Below are positions 59,025 to 64,000 of a stretch of 64,000 nt of DNA, piece after piece. Both the position numbers and the translations under genes were made by a program. Location: assembly GCA_964358895.1 (NCBI GenBank), contig CAYHPR010000003.1, positions 14,473 to 78,472 on the forward strand, in the 5' to 3' direction. The notes under the pieces are model-generated. The model had not been told where the DNA came from. It did not search any database and saw only the letters and a list, made by a program, of their open reading frames with translations. Positions within the stretch are counted from its first letter, which is position 1, and each line of letters starts with the position of its first letter. The stretch comes from Candidatus Micrarchaeota archaeon. Its GTDB lineage: Archaea > Micrarchaeota > Micrarchaeia > CABMEP01.

Positions 59025-60209
59025 ATGGTTAAATCAGGTAAGAAAATTCACGTTATTTCTGAACGAACGGCTGAACTTCCGCGCACAATCTTTTCACGGT
59101 TTATCGGCATGCGAGACAAAAATATTATTTCACTTGGTCCCGGTGAGCCTGATTTTTCAACACCTGCTAATGTTAATGCAGCTGCAAAACGTGCAATAGA
59201 TAAGGGATATACTGGTTACACGAGGTCTGAAGGTCTTATCGAACTAAGGGAAGCTATTTCAAGGAAAATTAAGCGAGAAAATAATCTTAGATTAGATGAT
59301 CCAGAAAAGAATATCCATGTGACTACTGGTTCTACTGAGGGAATCCTAATGTCTGTCCTTGCAGCGATAGATCCGACCGAGGATGTACTTGTTCCAAATC
59401 CAGGTTTCCTTGCTTATACTCCTACAATAGAACTTGTTGATGTGCAAGCAACCAGTTACATGCTAAACGATGAATCTGGTTTCCAGATTGATGTCGATAA
59501 GCTAAAAAAATTAATTACCCCAAAAACGCTTGGAATTATAGTTAACACTCCTTCAAACCCTACTGGCACAGTTCTTTCTAGAAAAGTACTTGAGGAAATT
59601 GCAGACATGGCAATTGAAAACGACTTAACAATTATCAGTGACGAAGCATACGAAGCTTTTGCGTTTGGAAAATCTAAGCATATTTCTATTGGTTCCTTCA
59701 ACGGACTTGAGAACCACGTCATCAGCCTTTATTCAGTTTCTAAGACCTATGCAATGCCTGGCTGGCGTATCGGTTATGTGGTTGCACCTGAAAAAGTAAT
59801 TGAAAGTATGAACAAAATGCACACTTACACCACGCTTTGTGCACCGTCTATCTCTCAGTTTGCAGCTATTGAAGCGCTAACTGGTCCCCAACAGATTGTA
59901 AAGAAAATGAGTAATGAGTATGATAGAAGAAGAAAATTTATTTTGAAGCGAATTAAAGAGATAAATGGTCTCGAAGTGAAAGTTGAGCCAGAAGGAGCAT
60001 TCTATGTATTCCCAAGATTCGATATCGGAAAGAAAATGACTTCAGAACAATTTTCACTCTGGTTGCTGGACAAGGCTAAAGTCGTAACGATTCCAGGTAC
60101 GGAATTCGGATCAGGGGGTCAAGGTTTCATCAGATTAAGTTATGCAACTAATATGAAAAAGATTGAAATTGCAATGGACAGAATTGAGAAACTTCTTGGA
60201 AGTAGTTAG
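59025..60209 (+). CDS. PLP-dependent aminotransferase class I (aspartate aminotransferase-like)
   Basis: SVSKTYAMPGWRIGY is the PLP-lysine motif SxSKxxxxxGxRxGY. TPSNPTG. About 394 aa. Confidence 0.8.
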   Translation: MVKSGKKIHVISERTAELPRTIFSRFIGMRDKNIISLGPGEPDFSTPANVNAAAKRAIDKGYTGYTRSEGLIELREAISRKIKRENNLRLDDPEKNIHVTTGSTEGILMSVLAAIDPTEDVLVPNPGFLAYTPTIELVDVQATSYMLNDESGFQIDVDKLKKLITPKTLGIIVNTPSNPTGTVLSRKVLEEIADMAIENDLTIISDEAYEAFAFGKSKHISIGSFNGLENHVISLYSVSKTYAMPGWRIGYVVAPEKVIESMNKMHTYTTLCAPSISQFAAIEALTGPQQIVKKMSNEYDRRRKFILKRIKEINGLEVKVEPEGAFYVFPRFDIGKKMTSEQFSLWLLDKAKVVTIPGTEFGSGGQGFIRLSYATNMKKIEIAMDRIEKLLGSS

Positions 60210-60224
60210 GAAAGAAGTGATAAT

Positions 60225-60983
60225 ATGGCAATTCAAATTAAACAAGAACAACCGCAAGCATCTGATAAACTTCTAATGGTATTCGGTATAGCTATTGTGC
60301 TTTTTGTGTTTGTATTGCTGCTTTTGATTTTTCTAGGAAAACCCTCTGCACAAAAAATTACAAATGATACTAATGCAACAACCCCGGCGGTTGAAGTTAC
60401 TAATCAAACTTCTTCAATATCAACTTCACCTTTTGGCAGCAGCAGTTCAAAAACGCCTGTCAGTATTGCAGGTAAACCAATTTATGGTGCATCAAATCCA
60501 AAAGTTTTACTTGTTGTTTTCGACGATTTTCAATGTCCATTCTGCTCACGTTTTCATCCTTCTGTTAAGCAAGCACTTTCAGATCATCCTTCATCACTTG
60601 GTTTGGTTATCAAAAATTTTCCATTAAGTATTCATGAAAATGCAAGAAAGGCGGCAGAAGCTTACGAATGTGCTCTTGATCAAGGAAACGAATTCGGTCT
60701 CAAAATGGCAGATACACTCTTCCTCAGTCAATCGGATTTATCCGAATCAGCGTTGAAAAGTTATGCTAAAAATATAGGTTTAGATCCAATTAAATTTGAT
60801 TCTTGTTTGGCTTCTGGAGTAAAAGCATCACTTATTGAAACAGATTATCAAGAAGGTATTTCTTTAGGTGTTTCAGGAACTCCGACCTCATTTATCGGTA
60901 ATCAAAAGATTGTTGGCGCTCAGCCTTATTCTGTCCTTAAGCAGGCCATTGACGCTGAATTGGTAAAAGCTACAGCAGATTAA
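60225..60983 (+). CDS. membrane-anchored DsbA-like thiol-disulfide oxidoreductase
   Basis: N-terminal TM anchor. FQCPFCSRFHP is a CxxC motif in a thioredoxin fold. Thr/Ser-rich linker. Confidence 0.65.
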   Translation: MAIQIKQEQPQASDKLLMVFGIAIVLFVFVLLLLIFLGKPSAQKITNDTNATTPAVEVTNQTSSISTSPFGSSSSKTPVSIAGKPIYGASNPKVLLVVFDDFQCPFCSRFHPSVKQALSDHPSSLGLVIKNFPLSIHENARKAAEAYECALDQGNEFGLKMADTLFLSQSDLSESALKSYAKNIGLDPIKFDSCLASGVKASLIETDYQEGISLGVSGTPTSFIGNQKIVGAQPYSVLKQAIDAELVKATAD

Positions 60984-61650
60984 ATGCCCACACTAGTGCA
61001 GCATAAAGAAGAACTCCATAAAAGAACCATGACGGCCTTCCTTTTTTACCAGATGGGATTTCATCACGTACTACGACATAGAATATTGCCCCAACTGCGA
61101 AGGCAAACAAATAATTGAAGACTGAAGAATAATCTGGAAGAAGAGAAGGTGCAACCGCGCCAAATATTGGTGCCGATGCAAGAAGTACAGCTGCAACTGT
61201 AGATCGTTGTAAAACGGAAGGTAACTTTTCAAGCAGTGTAGTGCTGAATAATGTATGGACAGCGACAGGGATCAAGAAGAGTAAAAGTGCTACGGGATTC
61301 GCCTGAAAGAAATAGAATGCAACTCCGCTGAGGAAGTTGTAAATCAAGAACACTATGGTATGTATGGCATACACTTTTTCTGCTGCACTGACCGAATAAC
61401 CTCTTTGGCTGAAATATTTTTCTACCATGTGAACTAGCACAAAACCTGCAAGGACAATATAAAATTCTAGTGGAAGTCCCTTTACGTTACCATAAACTGC
61501 TGGAAAAAGAGTTAGAAACATGTACGAAACCATCATTCCTGCAGCAAATGAAATAAGTGTAGGTTTCTTCGGTATTTTTTCTGTTATTTTTTCAGAGAAA
61601 AAAGTAATAAGTGTTAGTATTACTGCTGCAATAAATCCAAACACTCTCAT
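60970..61650 (-). CDS. hypothetical polytopic membrane protein
   Basis: About seven TM helices. No confident family motif. ZIP-transporter motifs were checked and are not present. Confidence 0.35.
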   Translation of the reverse strand: MRVFGFIAAVILTLITFFSEKITEKIPKKPTLISFAAGMMVSYMFLTLFPAVYGNVKGLPLEFYIVLAGFVLVHMVEKYFSQRGYSVSAAEKVYAIHTIVFLIYNFLSGVAFYFFQANPVALLLFLIPVAVHTLFSTTLLEKLPSVLQRSTVAAVLLASAPIFGAVAPSLLPDYSSVFNYLFAFAVGAIFYVVVRDEIPSGKKGRPSWFFYGVLLYAALVWAFNLL

Positions 61651-61712
61651 CGCCCCATTTCTTTTTGTAGTTGTGTTTTAAACATTTATCTTCTATACTC
61701 TTACATAAGACT

Positions 61713-62375
61713 ATGGTACATTTATTAGCATTAGCGTTTCCTGCTGGGGTTGCAGCATTTTTTAACCCCTGTGGATTTATCGTCCTTGTTGCTTACGTAA
61801 CTAATTATCTTAAAGAAAAAAACTTTAAGGAAGGAAGTTGGAAAGCGATGGTCGAGGGGGCAAAAGCAGGGATACTCGCAACAATTGGATTTGTCTTACT
61901 TTTTGTTTCAGTTGGTATGGCGTTCACATTTTTAGGAAGAGGGTTGGCGCTTTTTATTCCTCAATTCATTTCTTTGGTTGGAGTTGGACTTATTCTGCTC
62001 GGAATAGGCTACTGGTTCGGCAAGATATATCTATCCGTTCCAACAGCTACACCAACTGAGAAAAGACCTTCATTTGTATTCTATGGCATATTCTACGCAA
62101 TAGCTTCATTAGGTTGCGTTCTTCCGATATTTTTAGCAGTTCTTTCTGCTTCTCTCACTGAATCAGTTCAAGATGCATTTCTGGTTTTTGTTACGTATGC
62201 CATTGGAATGGGAACTGCAATGATCACTGTGACTTCTATTCTTGCGTTTTCAAAAGAAACTATTATCGGCTACACAAAGAAAATAGAACCACACATAGAT
62301 AAGCTCAATGCAGTCGTACTTATCCTTGTCGGGACTTATCTCATACTAAGAAACTATTTCGGAGTACCGATCTAA
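61713..62375 (+). CDS. CcdA/DsbD-family transmembrane thiol-disulfide transfer protein
   Basis: FFNPCGFIVLVAYV and a later SLGCVLPIF carry the two TM cysteines typical of CcdA. ATG at 61713. Confidence 0.55.
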   Translation: MVHLLALAFPAGVAAFFNPCGFIVLVAYVTNYLKEKNFKEGSWKAMVEGAKAGILATIGFVLLFVSVGMAFTFLGRGLALFIPQFISLVGVGLILLGIGYWFGKIYLSVPTATPTEKRPSFVFYGIFYAIASLGCVLPIFLAVLSASLTESVQDAFLVFVTYAIGMGTAMITVTSILAFSKETIIGYTKKIEPHIDKLNAVVLILVGTYLILRNYFGVPI

Positions 62376-62391
62376 TACAGGTAGGGATTAG

Positions 62392-63126
62392 ATGAAAAAG
62401 GTCCGGAAGGTATCTATAGTATTGTTTTTAATTATCTTCATATATGGTTGTATTCAGTTAGAGCAGAACATGAATGCAGGTGAAATAGATATGACAAGTT
62501 CAGATATTGATCTTACAACTTCCGATGGGGTAAACATAAAGGCAACCTACTACAAGGGAAATTCTTCAAATGGCATAGTTCTTTTACACATGTTATCTCG
62601 GACAAGAAAGGACTGGGAACCATTCGCAAATGAGCTTCAGGGAAAAGGATACAATGTAATCTCAATTGATCTTAGAGGACATGGCCAATCGAATCTTAAT
62701 TGGCAGTCCTTTAATTCTAGAGATTTCAATAATATGATTGAAGATGTCAGGGCATCAAAAGATTTTCTTAATGCAAAAGGAGCAAGAGTAATAGCAATAA
62801 TCGGTGCGAGTGTAGGTGCTAATGTTGCACTTAACTATGCTGCAACAGATTCAGAGATTAAGACAGTCATAATGCTTTCACCAGGTCTTGATTACAGAGG
62901 AGTTAAAACAAACGAGACAATCCGTAACTTTAATGGACCTACCCTTCTTGTAACTAGTTCAGAAGATCTTTATTCTGTAGAGAGTGCATCTAAACTGCAT
63001 AAACTTTCTGTTTCAAAAGATACGAAGCTAGAAACATATGACAATGCAGGTCATGGGACCGAGATGCTTAAGGAAAAGAAACTTCCAACGTTGATATTTA
63101 ATTGGCTGTCTAAACATCTTAAGTAG
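62392..63126 (+). CDS. alpha/beta-hydrolase fold protein with signal anchor
   Basis: IAIIGASVGANVAL is the nucleophile elbow GxSxG. A His lies near the C-terminus (AGHGTEM). Confidence 0.55.
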   Translation: MKKVRKVSIVLFLIIFIYGCIQLEQNMNAGEIDMTSSDIDLTTSDGVNIKATYYKGNSSNGIVLLHMLSRTRKDWEPFANELQGKGYNVISIDLRGHGQSNLNWQSFNSRDFNNMIEDVRASKDFLNAKGARVIAIIGASVGANVALNYAATDSEIKTVIMLSPGLDYRGVKTNETIRNFNGPTLLVTSSEDLYSVESASKLHKLSVSKDTKLETYDNAGHGTEMLKEKKLPTLIFNWLSKHLK

Positions 63127-63142
63127 AGTCATTCAAATTTAG

Positions 63143-63859
63143 GTGTCATACATGTCAATGATGGAGCTTAGTTTTTTAGCTGCATTTATTGGGGGATTAA
63201 TTTCTTTCTTTTCTCCATGTGTTGTTCCATTGATGCCAATATTCATTGCCTATCTCTCTGGCATAAAGCCAACAGAAATTGAAAAGAAAAAGGGTAAGAG
63301 CCAGAAAACAAAAGTATTCTCAAATGCTGTAGCATTCGTTATTGGTTTTTCCATCGTCTTTATTATGCTGGGAACGATCGTTGGACTGTTGAGCCAAAGT
63401 TTTCCTGGCTTTAGATCAATTCTCTCAAAAGTAGGGGGTGTCATTATTATTGCGCTAGGTCTGCAGACTCTTGGTCTTATCAATATTCCATTTCTGTCTA
63501 CGTCCTATAGAGTTAACGTAGAACGAATAACACCTTCTTATCTCAGTTCAGTTCTTATAGGTGGAGCTTTTGCGATTGGCTGGACACCTTGTGTCAGCGG
63601 AATTCTTGCATCAATATTTGTGCTAGCAAGCGTTAGTGCGTCAGCAATAGACGGAGCAGTGTTATTGGCAGTATATTCCGCCGGATTCGCCATCCCCTTT
63701 CTTATTTTAGGTTACTTCACATCTGAAGCAACTTCTTACATCAACAAATACAACAAATATCTGGGCATAGCAAACATAATAGCTGGAATCTTACTGATAA
63801 TCTTAGGAATTATTGTTTTTACTGAAAGATTTCAGGAACTTATCAGCAGATTAATCTGA
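63143..63859 (+). CDS. ccdA: cytochrome c-type biogenesis / thiol-disulfide transfer protein CcdA
   Basis: FFSPCVVPLMPIFIAYLSG and GWTPCVSGILASIF are the classic CcdA paired-Cys TM motifs. Confidence 0.75.
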   Translation: MSYMSMMELSFLAAFIGGLISFFSPCVVPLMPIFIAYLSGIKPTEIEKKKGKSQKTKVFSNAVAFVIGFSIVFIMLGTIVGLLSQSFPGFRSILSKVGGVIIIALGLQTLGLINIPFLSTSYRVNVERITPSYLSSVLIGGAFAIGWTPCVSGILASIFVLASVSASAIDGAVLLAVYSAGFAIPFLILGYFTSEATSYINKYNKYLGIANIIAGILLIILGIIVFTERFQELISRLI

Positions 63860-63881
63860 TGAGAGTATCGAGTCGGATAGA

Positions 63882-64000
63882 ATGTCTAAAAATTTTAAGA
63901 TTACCAAACGTCTTATAACTCTTATAGTAGTACTGATAATAATCGGTTTAACCATTTTCTTTTTGGAAAGTACTAAGCCTAGTAATTTTCAAACAAAGCA
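63882..64000 (+). CDS. membrane-anchored protein, 5' partial (runs off the window)
   Basis: ATG at 63882. MSKNFKITKRLITLIVVLIIIGLTIFF is a signal anchor. This position after ccdA is often occupied by a TlpA/ResA-like thioredoxin. Confidence 0.3.
   Translation, partial: MSKNFKITKRLITLIVVLIIIGLTIFFLESTKPSNFQTK

Noticed and set aside
60970-61650. ZIP-family metal transporter call for the 226-aa membrane protein
   Set aside because: The HNxxEG / HSxxEG motifs of ZIP transporters are not present. Only generic TM helices are visible.

Overview
This looks like an archaeal chromosome segment, probably from a low-GC member of the Thermoplasmata. The proteasome alpha subunit resembles the Thermoplasma one, terminators are T-tracts, and the hallmark genes L15e, Pop5, Rpp30, exosome, L37ae, RpoP and prefoldin are all present. 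The window has four parts. (1) At 0.1-2.1 kb on the minus strand is the left half of the archaeal exosome/RNase P superoperon: L15e, then an Rpp30-like gene, then Pop5. The right half is at 49-54 kb on the plus strand: psmA, SBDS, rrp4, rrp41, rrp42, L37ae, rpoP, pcc1, pfdB. The two halves are divergent and separated by about 47 kb of accessory DNA. (2) At 3.5-12.8 kb is an uncharacterised four-gene plus-strand module. It encodes two paralogous coiled-coil proteins that share a roughly 90-aa C-terminal domain, a 1356-aa orphan protein, and a Cys-rich secreted protein dense in N-glycosylation sequons. A VapBC-like pair follows. This is the best candidate for a novel system. (3) At 14.3-40 kb is a very AT-rich surface-glycan island of roughly 26-28% GC, against roughly 38-60% in flanking genes. 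It contains about six GT-C-like polytopic membrane proteins, six GT2 genes, four GT4 genes, a Wzm/Wzt-type ABC exporter, a DPM1-like dolichyl-phosphate glycosyltransferase, a GH10-like hydrolase and a GH15-like hydrolase. It also holds a near-perfect 1204-bp tandem duplication of a GT4 gene and ends in a GT2 remnant. (4) At 40-48 kb a cassette of a DPM-like GT2 plus a 1258-aa membrane-anchored surface protein is bracketed by two HTH-MNT/HEPN toxin-antitoxin pairs, followed by a flippase-like membrane protein and a GNAT-like gene. The 54-64 kb region holds housekeeping genes: an MGMT-like protein, TrxB, PadR, myo-inositol-1-phosphate synthase, an FAD oxidoreductase, an aminotransferase, and a DsbA-like plus two CcdA thiol-disulfide cluster. 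I found no rRNA, tRNA, CRISPR array, integrase or transposase. All calls rest on motif and architecture recognition by eye; no searches were run.
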